The notes beneath the pieces are model-generated. The model searched no databases, was not told where the DNA came from, and saw only the letters and a program-made list of their open reading frames with translations. Shown in pieces: positions 55,231 to 64,000 of a DNA stretch of 64,000 nt (position 1 is its first letter; each line of letters opens with the position of its first letter). The stretch comes from Rhizophagus irregularis. Its lineage: Eukaryota. The DNA lies in the NCBI RefSeq assembly GCF_026210795.1, contig NC_089432.1:930001-994000 (forward strand). The letters are read 5' to 3'. The translations under genes and the position numbers were made by a program.

Positions 55231-55506
55231 AAGAAGAATCATGATTAACGTTAACAAAAATTAAAAATAATATTTGCTGGACAAATATGAGAAGATTACA
55301 GGAAAGAGATAAATCAAATATGGAAACACATCCAAATCTTAGGATGAAAAATTGTATGGAATATAAATTTATTTGTACAAACCTGTAAACTACCATACTC
55401 AGTAATGAACAAATGAGGTAAAGGCAAGCCCAGTATAGGTCAAATAAAATATAAAAGAAGGATAAAAAGTAAAAGACGTGAAAATTTTTAGAGAATTTTA
55501 TTAAAA

Positions 55507-58500
55507 ATGGAATGGTACCATATTTGGAACGCTGAATACATAAACCATAAACAAGAACATGACCTAGGAGTGATAGAACCAGAGGAATGTTTAGCATGTG
55601 AAATATGTAATCCAATAGAAAGAGAAGTATCAGCAGCATTCAAGAAATTTTGGGATGCTTTATTTAAATTTGAGGATACAATACTAATGTACAATAATGT
55701 AACACATAAAGAATTATTGAATTTATTAAGTATGGACAATAGAGAAAGGGAGGATACAATACATAAGGGAAAATGTAGGAATATAGTAGATAGAATAATT
55801 GAATCAATAAGGTACAGACAACAACCAAAAATGAAAGAAAAAGGTTTAAGGATAATAATTGTAGTAATTGTAAGGGATTGTATTGAAGGAAATTTGGAAA
55901 ATGAAGTATTTGACCGGTTAATTGGATGTCCAGAAATAATGGAACATGGATATATTTTGGAAGATTGGGATATTGAAAACAGATTTCAAAAATTTTGGGA
56001 ATGGTACGGTTCAATATTAGAATTTGGGGTGGAAGTAATCCATGCGACACCAGAAACGATAGTAATATTCAGGAAATTATTATACATGGAAGAAACCATA
56101 ACTAAAAAAATAAGAGAAGTAATTGATTTAACGAATACAATTGTTTACAGAAACTCATTAGGAAAAAAAAAATCAAAACAACAAGAATGGGAAAGATTGA
56201 TACAGAAAGTGTTACAAAGATTTATTGACACCAAACAATTTACAAGGGAACCTGAAGACCCAGAAAGTGCTAGTCCTGAAAGTTATGAATTAGAGGACAG
56301 TGATAGTAGTATACATTATGAAATAAAAATAGAGGATGATGTCGAATGGACAGTGGAATCATTAAAAAGAAAAATTGAAGAAATGGGTGGAAGGTTCACC
56401 GACAAAGATATACAAAGAATGTGGGACCTAAGGATAAGGATAGAATTGATATTAACAGAGGACTTTTTAGGTACATTTTTCGAATTAATGGGACTAAGTG
56501 ATGAAAAATTAAAAGATGAAATAAATGAATGGTTAACAAAAGAAACATTAAGATGTGGAAATTGTAGAAATAGAAAGTTACCTGATATGATAACAGACAT
56601 TGGACAATGTAAAAATTGTGAACAAAAAGAGTTATTAGAATTAAAGGATGACTTAGAAAAACTAGGATACGAATTAAATGTGTCAGAAATAGAGAGAATA
56701 AGAAAATTCAGGATAAGCAATAGTATAATATTAACAATGGAATTTATGGAAAAATATTTCCAGGAAATTAATACGAATGACAAAGAATTAAGGATAAAAT
56801 TATATGAATGGATAAATGAAAATACCACATTTTGTGATGAATGTGGAATAAGATGGATGAACAATAAATTTGACGAAGGAAAAACCAAGTGTAGGGATTG
56901 TGAGAATGACGAAAATGAAATTGATATCAGAATCAAAAGATTAAAACAAATATGTGATGATAATAAAATAGAAATAACTGATGGAGAGTTATTAAGGTTA
57001 ATCAGTATGGGATATACTGATGGAGAAATATTGGATCAAGAATTTATTGAAATATTCCAAGGAAATAAAAATGATTTGGAGAAAAATTTAAAACGGATAT
57101 TGGATAAATTTCTAAAACAACAAGCTGGAAGTGAGGATAGTGAAGGTAGTGGAAATGAATCTGATAATGAAAAATCTGATGGATCTGAAAAAGAATCAGA
57201 TGGATCTGAAAAAAATGGAGAAGTTCTAAATCCAAATGATACCGATAGCAATGAAAATTTTGAAGAACCTTATAAAGAAAACATTATAAATAGACCTGGT
57301 TTTGACTCAAGTGAAAGTTCAGAATCAAATTCTGAAAATAAAAGCGAAATATCTGATTATAATATAGAAAATTTATTTGAAACACCTTTAACACCACCGA
57401 TACCACCAATCCCACCAATAGTACCAATAATTATGGGAGCAACAAGAGCTGAAGTAAGGGAAGATTTTAGAGCGGCTTTACTAGCAGCAACAGGACATGA
57501 TATAGGAGGTAATTGGGCTGGATTAGTCGTAGCCAACCCATTAGCAAATGCAATTGAGGATGCAGGAAATGTAGCTGGAGGAATAATTGGTATGCCACAA
57601 TTTTATGGAAAGGAAGAAGAAGATGTTAATGATTGGGTAAGACAATTCGAAACAGCATTTACTGCTATAGGAAAAGCAGCAGGAGTAAATGGAGCTAGAC
57701 AAGCAGCAATGGCAGCTACCTGTTTGAAAGGTGCAGCAGCACAATGGTATAATGAAAAGAAGGAAGCAAACAATGGTCATTTGGTAAATTGGCAAGATAA
57801 CGATAATGATAATGATTTAAAACATAGGATTAAACAAAGATTTACCAGGGAAGATGTTAGAAAAAGGAAAATGTTAGAATTAAGGAAAATAACACAAGGA
57901 GTAAATGAAAATGTTGAGGCATATACGATAAGGTTTAGACAAATATTAAGGATAGCTACCAGAGGCCATGCATTAGATGATGAATTACAAGTGGATAATT
58001 ATATCGAAGGATTAACACCAACATTGGGATATCAAGTCAGAAGACAAAACCCAGCAAATTTAAATGATGCAGTGAATACAGCAAGAAGAGAGGAGGAAGC
58101 TACTAATGAATTAATAAGAAAGACACGTGGTATATCAGTTAGTACCCAAAGAAAAGGAATCGATATACAAGATGACAAACCAAAGAATATATTTGAAAAA
58201 CCATTGGAGAAAAATTATGAGGATGACCTTGCCGACATGTTTAAAAAATTAGAGGTAAAACTAGTAAATCAACTTGGAGGGCAAAAGAGACCACCAAACA
58301 ATAATAATAGACAAGGACCACCACCTCGAGCATGTTATAATTGTAAACAACCAGGACATTATGCAAATGAATGTAGGGTAAATAATGGTCAAAGAAACTA
58401 TGGAAGACCAAATAATCAAAATTATAATAGAAGATCAAATAACTATAATGGAAGACCAAATAACTATAACAGACCACCAAACCACCAAAACAATAATCGA

Positions 58501-59091
58501 GGATTCAATGTAGTGGAATATGATAATTATAATGACCAATATGACCAATATGATTATGATAGTCAGGATTATCAGGATAATTATGACCAAGGATATAGTT
58601 ATGACGACCCGTATTATCAAGATAATGATGTAACATTTAACCATGTTGATCAAGATTTTTATATTGGTGAAAGACAAACGAGAAGTAACATAAAAAATAG
58701 GTCAAGTAATCGAGATATAAATATGGAAATTGATCAAGAACAAACACGAAGAAGGAATGATAAATATGCAAGCCAAGAGGAAAGGGCAGCAGCATTACCA
58801 AAAAGAGGATTCACTGACGAAAGTCTGAGGAAAGCACAAGAAGCAAGGAGAAATAATAATACATGTGGAAATTGTGGACAAAGAGGTCACTATGCAAAAC
58901 AATGTAAAAATGAACGTGTTGAAGGTATTCATAGGACAAGCGCATTTCAAAGAAATATACCAAAATATAACGTATTAGAGGATATGAAAAGTACCAGAGC
59001 AAATGCAACTTTTTCACAAATTATAGATATGAGCCCAGAACAAAGAAAAATATATTATGATGGTATGAGAAGGTATCCACAAACAGATTGA
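55507..59091 (+). CDS. gag: Extended Gag (1194 aa): N-terminal repeat/zinc-finger extension, capsid domain, two CCHC zinc knuckles
   Basis: MPQFYGKEEEDVNDWVRQFE..LKGAAAQWY..ITQGVNENVEAYTIRF..YIEGL (retrotransposon capsid); CYNCKQPGHYANEC and CGNCGQRGHYAKQC. Confidence 0.92.
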   Translation: MEWYHIWNAEYINHKQEHDLGVIEPEECLACEICNPIEREVSAAFKKFWDALFKFEDTILMYNNVTHKELLNLLSMDNREREDTIHKGKCRNIVDRIIESIRYRQQPKMKEKGLRIIIVVIVRDCIEGNLENEVFDRLIGCPEIMEHGYILEDWDIENRFQKFWEWYGSILEFGVEVIHATPETIVIFRKLLYMEETITKKIREVIDLTNTIVYRNSLGKKKSKQQEWERLIQKVLQRFIDTKQFTREPEDPESASPESYELEDSDSSIHYEIKIEDDVEWTVESLKRKIEEMGGRFTDKDIQRMWDLRIRIELILTEDFLGTFFELMGLSDEKLKDEINEWLTKETLRCGNCRNRKLPDMITDIGQCKNCEQKELLELKDDLEKLGYELNVSEIERIRKFRISNSIILTMEFMEKYFQEINTNDKELRIKLYEWINENTTFCDECGIRWMNNKFDEGKTKCRDCENDENEIDIRIKRLKQICDDNKIEITDGELLRLISMGYTDGEILDQEFIEIFQGNKNDLEKNLKRILDKFLKQQAGSEDSEGSGNESDNEKSDGSEKESDGSEKNGEVLNPNDTDSNENFEEPYKENIINRPGFDSSESSESNSENKSEISDYNIENLFETPLTPPIPPIPPIVPIIMGATRAEVREDFRAALLAATGHDIGGNWAGLVVANPLANAIEDAGNVAGGIIGMPQFYGKEEEDVNDWVRQFETAFTAIGKAAGVNGARQAAMAATCLKGAAAQWYNEKKEANNGHLVNWQDNDNDNDLKHRIKQRFTREDVRKRKMLELRKITQGVNENVEAYTIRFRQILRIATRGHALDDELQVDNYIEGLTPTLGYQVRRQNPANLNDAVNTARREEEATNELIRKTRGISVSTQRKGIDIQDDKPKNIFEKPLEKNYEDDLADMFKKLEVKLVNQLGGQKRPPNNNNRQGPPPRACYNCKQPGHYANECRVNNGQRNYGRPNNQNYNRRSNNYNGRPNNYNRPPNHQNNNRGFNVVEYDNYNDQYDQYDYDSQDYQDNYDQGYSYDDPYYQDNDVTFNHVDQDFYIGERQTRSNIKNRSSNRDINMEIDQEQTRRRNDKYASQEERAAALPKRGFTDESLRKAQEARRNNNTCGNCGQRGHYAKQCKNERVEGIHRTSAFQRNIPKYNVLEDMKSTRANATFSQIIDMSPEQRKIYYDGMRRYPQTD

Positions 59092-59631
59092 CTACAAGAA
59101 TCAATGAACAACATTGAAGCAGAACATTTAACTGCATTAAGAGGTAAATTAATAATAAACCAAGAATTAAAGGACGTAATGTTTGATACAGGAGCAGCAG
59201 TAAATGTAATAACTAGTCAGATAATGGATGAAATGGACCTAAAAATTGAGGAATCAAGTACAGTAAGATGTGTGATGATAAATGAGGATAAATTAGCATC
59301 TAGGGGTACCACGACAATATACATACAATTTGGGGATAAGGAAATACCCATTAAGGTTGAAGTAATTGATTCAGGAAAAAATGAAATTGTGTTAGGAAAT
59401 GGAGTATTAGATATGTTTAAGGCGAATATAGATTACACAGATAAAACAATAATAATTAGAATGAATGATGAAACTATGGATATACCAGTAAAATACACAC
59501 AAAGGACCATTAAAGGGTTTGAAGAAACATTTGATGAAGAGGAAATATTAGAAGAATTATACCAGGATGAATTGTATAACATATATGAAGATGACCATGA
59601 AGGTCAGGAAGATGAAAATTTTAAAGTATAA
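59092..59631 (+). CDS. Retroviral-type aspartic protease, in frame with gag after a TGA
   Basis: VMFDTGAAVNVI and IVLGNGVL motifs; first ATG at 59104. Confidence 0.9.
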   Translation, partial: LQESMNNIEAEHLTALRGKLIINQELKDVMFDTGAAVNVITSQIMDEMDLKIEESSTVRCVMINEDKLASRGTTTIYIQFGDKEIPIKVEVIDSGKNEIVLGNGVLDMFKANIDYTDKTIIIRMNDETMDIPVKYTQRTIKGFEETFDEEEILEELYQDELYNIYEDDHEGQEDENFKV

Positions 59632-61106
59632 GTCTTGGTCAGAATGATACTGAAGAGACGATAAAGAAGCACAAAAGTGACCATGAAAAATTTACTGAAA
59701 AATTTAAAGTAGGGGACATAACCAATGAACAAAAAGGTAAATTAAAAGTATTAGTAGAAAAATATAAGGATATATTTGAGTACGATGGTGAAAAATATAA
59801 TAGGACAAACCTAGTAAAACATGAAATCAGATTAAAAGGGGGTACTGAACCAATAGCCCAAAAGAGGTACAAAGAAAATGATGAAAAAGGTAAATTCATC
59901 AGAAAAGAGGTTGACGAGATGTTAAAATTGGGAAAAATTAGAGAATCTAGAAGTCCATGGTCTTCACCAGTGACTTTAGCAGGGAAAAAGTCGGGAAATT
60001 ATAGATTTTGCATCGACTATAGAAAATTAAATAAAGTTACAATAACAGATGCATATCCATTACCGAGGATTGATGAACAATTAGAAAGGATAAGTTCAGG
60101 AAAATGGTTTACCAGTCTAGATTTAGCATCAGGGTTTAATCAGATAGAAATGGCTGAGGAAGATATTGAGAAAACAGCATTCATATGCTCAGCAGGATTA
60201 TATGAATATAATGTCATGCCATTTGGGTTAACAAATGCGCCTGCAAGTTTTCAAAGGTTAATGGATAAAGTATTAAAGGAGTACCTAAATGAATTTGTGA
60301 TAGTATACATTGATGATATAATGATATATTCGGAAAATTTTGAAGACCACCTAAAACACATAAAGTTAGTGTTAGAAAAATTAAAGGAAGCCAGTTTAAT
60401 ACTAAAATTAAAGAAATGTATATTTGGAAAAACAGAAATAGAATTTTTAGGACATGTAGTTGGTAAAAATGGATTAAAACCAAGTCCAGGAAAGGTTGAA
60501 AAGATACAAAAATTAACAGCACCTATAAATATAAAAGGTGTAAGGTCAATATTAGGGTTATGTACGTATTATAGAAAATTTATTAAAGATTTTTCAAAAA
60601 TAGTAAAACCAATAACATCTTTATTGAGAAAAGATGAAAAGTTTGAATGGGGCATCAAACAACATGAAGCATTAGAAATATTAAAAAGGAAATTAACCGA
60701 AGAACCGGTGTTAAGACAACCAGATTGGTTAAGGAAATTTATATTAATTACAGATGCTTCAGGAATAGGATTAGGGGCAGTGTTAGCTCAAAAAGATGAT
60801 AAAGGTCAAGAATATGTAATAGAATATGCCAGTAAAAGTTTAAACAGGACAGAACAAAGATGGCCAATAACCGAACAAGAATGTTATGCAATTGTATGGG
60901 GAATACAACATTTCCATAAATACTTGATCAATAGAAAATTTGAGGTAGTAACAGACCATGCAGCTTTGAAGGGATTAATGACTGCAAAAGTACCAAAAGG
61001 AAAGAGATCAAGATGGGTCATGGAATTGGAACAGTATGATTTTGAAATAACCCATAGACCAGGAAAAGAAAATAAAAATGCAGATGCCTTATCAAGAATA
61101 ATATAA
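59625..61106 (+). CDS. pol: Reverse transcriptase-RNase H (frame open from 59625; first ATG 59919)
   Basis: SPWSSPV, YRFCIDYRKLN, LDLASGFNQI, MPFGLTNAPASFQR, YIDD, TDASGIGLGAVL, TDHAAL, ADALSR*. Confidence 0.95.
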   Translation, partial: SISLGQNDTEETIKKHKSDHEKFTEKFKVGDITNEQKGKLKVLVEKYKDIFEYDGEKYNRTNLVKHEIRLKGGTEPIAQKRYKENDEKGKFIRKEVDEMLKLGKIRESRSPWSSPVTLAGKKSGNYRFCIDYRKLNKVTITDAYPLPRIDEQLERISSGKWFTSLDLASGFNQIEMAEEDIEKTAFICSAGLYEYNVMPFGLTNAPASFQRLMDKVLKEYLNEFVIVYIDDIMIYSENFEDHLKHIKLVLEKLKEASLILKLKKCIFGKTEIEFLGHVVGKNGLKPSPGKVEKIQKLTAPINIKGVRSILGLCTYYRKFIKDFSKIVKPITSLLRKDEKFEWGIKQHEALEILKRKLTEEPVLRQPDWLRKFILITDASGIGLGAVLAQKDDKGQEYVIEYASKSLNRTEQRWPITEQECYAIVWGIQHFHKYLINRKFEVVTDHAALKGLMTAKVPKGKRSRWVMELEQYDFEITHRPGKENKNADALSRII

Positions 61107-61142
61107 ATAGATGGGTAAAAGAGTCACTTTTCAAAAATAAAA

Positions 61143-61382
61143 ATGGAACAAGTGGTAAGAAATACAAATCATAAAATAAAGGATATAATCGAAAATTTAG
61201 AAGGTATAACAAAGGAATTAAACAGGATAAATTATAACTATAAATTCAAAGCCAAAAATTTTGAAGATAGTGAAGAAAGACCATTAATATTGGAAACTCA
61301 AGAGGAAATATTACAAATAGAGGTGATATTAAGTAAAGTAAACAAGCTAAAATTATCAGAATTATGTAAAAATGGGACCTAA
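61143..61382 (+). CDS. Small hypothetical coiled-coil-like ORF between RNase H and kinase-integrase
   Basis: 79-aa open frame with the same purine-rich codon style as the element; its 3' end overlaps the ATG at 61372. Confidence 0.5.
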   Translation: MEQVVRNTNHKIKDIIENLEGITKELNRINYNYKFKAKNFEDSEERPLILETQEEILQIEVILSKVNKLKLSELCKNGT

Positions 61383-63153
61383 AATAATAATCATATGTGG
61401 AGTTGATGGTACTGGAAAAACATTCATTGTAAATAAACTTATAAAAGAATTTGAAAAAGTAGGACAAAGTGTGAGGTTTAACACCTTTAAAAGGAGAAGA
61501 GAGGACAATGATAAGTATAAAATACCAAAGAAAGGTATAGAATGGGAATTCAGGAAGGAAGTTGTCGAACAAATCAACAGGAGAATGGAAGAACATGATA
61601 ATGAGGATTGGTTAATATTAGATAAAAGTCCCTATAGTGAGTACTTTTATCAACAAACACCATCATTCGACAGAGGATACATAACAAGATATGAGAACCA
61701 CCTATTAGAAAAGGAAGTATTTAGGAACAAAAGGATAATTGATGAATCAATAGTGATATTTTTAGAAAATGAAAAATGTTGGGAAAATTACAAAGGTAGA
61801 GAATATTCGAAAAAGGATCAAGGACATAAAACATCATATCCATTATTAGATGAAGAAAGATATATGGAGATGGTGAAATCATTTAAAGAATGTCAAGATA
61901 TTTACGAAGGAGAAAAATATGCTAATATTAAAATATCGAATAATGACACAGATTGGGAAAGAGTATATAATAAAGTAATAGAATTAGATGGAGATAAACC
62001 ACCAATAGAGGTTAAAAATGTTGAGATTAAGGATAACATCAGAGTAACTGATGGTAAAAAGCATATTGAAAAAGATGGTAAAAACATCAGAATAATAGAA
62101 GACTTTGAAAAGATGGGAGCACTATATTTAGCTCACAGTCATGAATTATCGGCACATATGGGAATCAAAAGTACTTATGATAATTTAAAAGATAAATATT
62201 ATTGGGAAAATATGCTGAATGATGTTGAAAGATATGTAAGGACATGTGATGAATGTCAAAGAAGAGGAAAACCACAAGGGAAAAATGAATTACACCCAAT
62301 TAAAGTAGTAGAACCATGGTATCAAATCGGGATTGACTTTGTTGGACCATTGAACACGACAACAAATGGTAATAAATACATCATAGTAGCAATGGATTAT
62401 TTTACAAAATGGCCAGAAGCCAAAGCAGTAAAGGAAGCAACTGCCAAAGAAGTATCAAAATTTATTTATGAAGACATCATCTGTAGACATGGATGTCCAA
62501 TGAAAATATTGAGTGATAGAGGAAGTCATTTCAATAATGAAATGATTAAAGAATTAATGGAAAAATTCAAAATTAAATGGAATTTTTCTACAAGTTATCA
62601 TCCAGAGACAAATGGACTTGTTGAAAGATTCAACCGAACATTAGGTCAAGCATTAGCGAAATTATCAACCAAAGATGATTGGGACCAAAGGATAGCACCC
62701 ATATTATTTGCTTACCGAAATAAAAAGCATAGTTCAACAAAAATTCGACCATTTTATTTAACATACGGAAGAAATGTACGGACAATAATGGATGAAAATA
62801 TCAAAGAAATTAACCTAAGTGATAGAATAGTTGGATTATTAGAAGAACTACCAAAAATCTGACATGAAGCCAAAGAACAAATACTGAAATCTCAAACAAA
62901 ACAAAAAGAGTATCATGACAGAAAAATAATCAAGGAACACACCTTTGGAATTGGAGATAAAATACTACTCTATGATAAAGCCAAAGCACAACAACTATCG
63001 GGAAAATTAGAATCAAAATGGTTGGGACCATTTTACATTCATGAAATACTACCGAATGGAGCTTATAGAATTAAAAATATTAAAGGTGTCATCAAGAAGA
63101 TACCTGTAAATGGAGAATTATTAAAGACTTACCATACACCGATGAGTAAATGA
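61372..63153 (+). CDS. Thymidylate/dNMP-kinase-like P-loop domain fused to Gypsy integrase (internal TGA at 62860-62862 before the GPF module)
   Basis: IIIICGVDGTGKT (Walker A) and LILDKSPYSEYFYQ, then H..H..CDEC zinc finger, IGIDFVGP, SDRGSHF, NGLVERFNRTL. After the stop the frame continues HEAKEQI..KWLGPFYI..VNGELLKTYH to 63153. Confidence 0.88.
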
Positions 63154-63385
63154 TAACTATCATCAACGGACTTAGAAAAATAAAGATAATTTATAATCAT
63201 GTGAAATAAAATCACATGACATAAAAATAATTTTCGAAAATAGGAAAAACTAATGAAAATTTCCTAAGAAAGACCGAAGTGAAATCCGGTACAGGAAAAC
63301 CGTAAACTTAACAAACACATGATAAACCGCAGATGTAGACGCAGCAAAAGGGAATATTTAAAACGCAACTGAGTCAAGTAACAAT

Positions 63386-63455
63386 GCATGTTTGATTTAG
63401 TGGTATAATTCGCACCTACCACTTCGAGACACGAGTTCGATTCTTAGAATAAATT
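63386..63455 (+). pseudogene. Decayed tRNA-Gly-like sequence inside the retrotransposon 3' region
   Basis: GCATGTT-TG-ATTTAGTGGTATAAT-T-CGCAC-CTACCAC-TTCG-AGAC-ACGAGTTCGATTCTTAG is colinear with eukaryotic tRNA-Gly(GCC). A and B boxes are recognisable, the anticodon reads ACC, and the acceptor 3' strand is lost. Confidence 0.75.
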
Positions 63456-63476
63456 TAATGTGGGCATTAAATTTTT

Positions 63477-63490
63477 ATGCGGGGGATAGT
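63477..63490 (+). promoter_or_regulatory. Polypurine tract
   Basis: GCGGGGGATAGT directly before the 3' LTR. Confidence 0.75.
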
Positions 63491-64000
63491 TGTAATGCCG
63501 TAGTATACCTAGTAAATTTATTAATTGTGGGGCGCAGTATTACATTTAGTCTTAGTGTATAAAATTTTAACTTATTTTTATTTTTATTTTAAATGGACCG
63601 AAAAGTCGTTAAACTATTAGTCATGAGAATCAAGGATAATTGGTCCGTGATGACCTTAAACTATTAGTCACGTGATTTAAGGATAAATGAAGATCCGGAA
63701 GATACTAAATTGGATGAAATCAAGTGATCTGAGGTGTCAAGTGATTAATTTGTTGATCACTACGTTAATATTATAAATCATAATTCAGGAGTTCATGATG
63801 ATCAAATGGATACAAAATTAAGATAATGGAAATACTTTAGGATAATGGAAATACTTTAAAATAATGGAAATACTTTAATAATTTAAATCCATGAATCGAA
63901 ATTATGAATTTGGTTACACAAAGACAAACATAAAAGGGCGTGAAGATCAACTTTTGAAAAAGGGAGAAAATTAGACGAATTTTGTTATGAATTATTTATT
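63491..64000 (+). repeat. 3' LTR (partial)
   Basis: Matches 53855-54364 with no difference seen by eye. Confidence 0.95.

Larger units (their letters stand above)
53855..64000 (+). mobile_element. Ty3/Gypsy LTR retrotransposon (~10.3 kb; 3' LTR truncated by the window end)
   Basis: Two LTRs, PBS, PPT, and gag-PR-RT-RH-IN domain order. Confidence 0.97.

Noticed and set aside
59614..59624. Canonical -1 frameshift at A_AAT_TTT as the working PR-RT link
   Set aside because: The first codon after the slip is TAA (59622-59624) in this copy.
61143..61382. env-like gene
   Set aside because: Too short, no signal peptide or transmembrane segment, and it lies upstream of the integrase.
55023..62087. 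Numerous minus-strand ORFs antisense to gag/pol
   Set aside because: Hydrophobic low-complexity shadows of the purine-rich coding strand, with no recognisable motifs.
62863..63153. Chromodomain at the integrase C-terminus
   Set aside because: The frame ends shortly after the GPF module; no chromodomain motif is visible.
63386..63455. Functional tRNA-Gly(ACC) gene
   Set aside because: The acceptor, anticodon and T stems do not pair properly in this copy, so it is reported only as a relic.

Overview
Very AT-rich, intron-containing eukaryotic DNA. The gene families (HRD[L/F]HSGN tyrosine-kinase-like kinases, tandem Sel1-repeat genes, an F-box gene) suggest an arbuscular mycorrhizal fungus (Glomeromycotina, Rhizophagus-like); this is an inference. 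The window is dominated by transposable elements. The left part holds a spliced KDZ (Kyakuja-Dileera-Zisupton) transposase interrupted by a CACTG-terminated DNA element, two candidate accessory genes, LINE relics, several MITEs and two palindromic satellites (55-bp and 60-bp units). The middle holds two kinases, three Sel1 genes plus a Sel1 pseudogene, and a frameshifted F-box gene. The main candidate for a new system is the young Ty3/Gypsy LTR retrotransposon at 53855->64000, whose LTRs look identical by eye. (i) Its integrase is a separate ORF fused at the N-terminus to a thymidylate/dNMP-kinase-like P-loop domain. (ii) Just before its PPT it carries a decayed tRNA-Gly-like gene with A/B boxes that matches the primer tRNA predicted from its own PBS. 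(iii) Its Gag is 1194 aa with a ~640-aa repeat/zinc-finger N-terminal extension. (iv) gag and protease are separated by an in-frame UGA-CUA stop, and a small extra ORF lies between RT-RNaseH and the kinase-integrase. All calls are by eye; no database searches were run.
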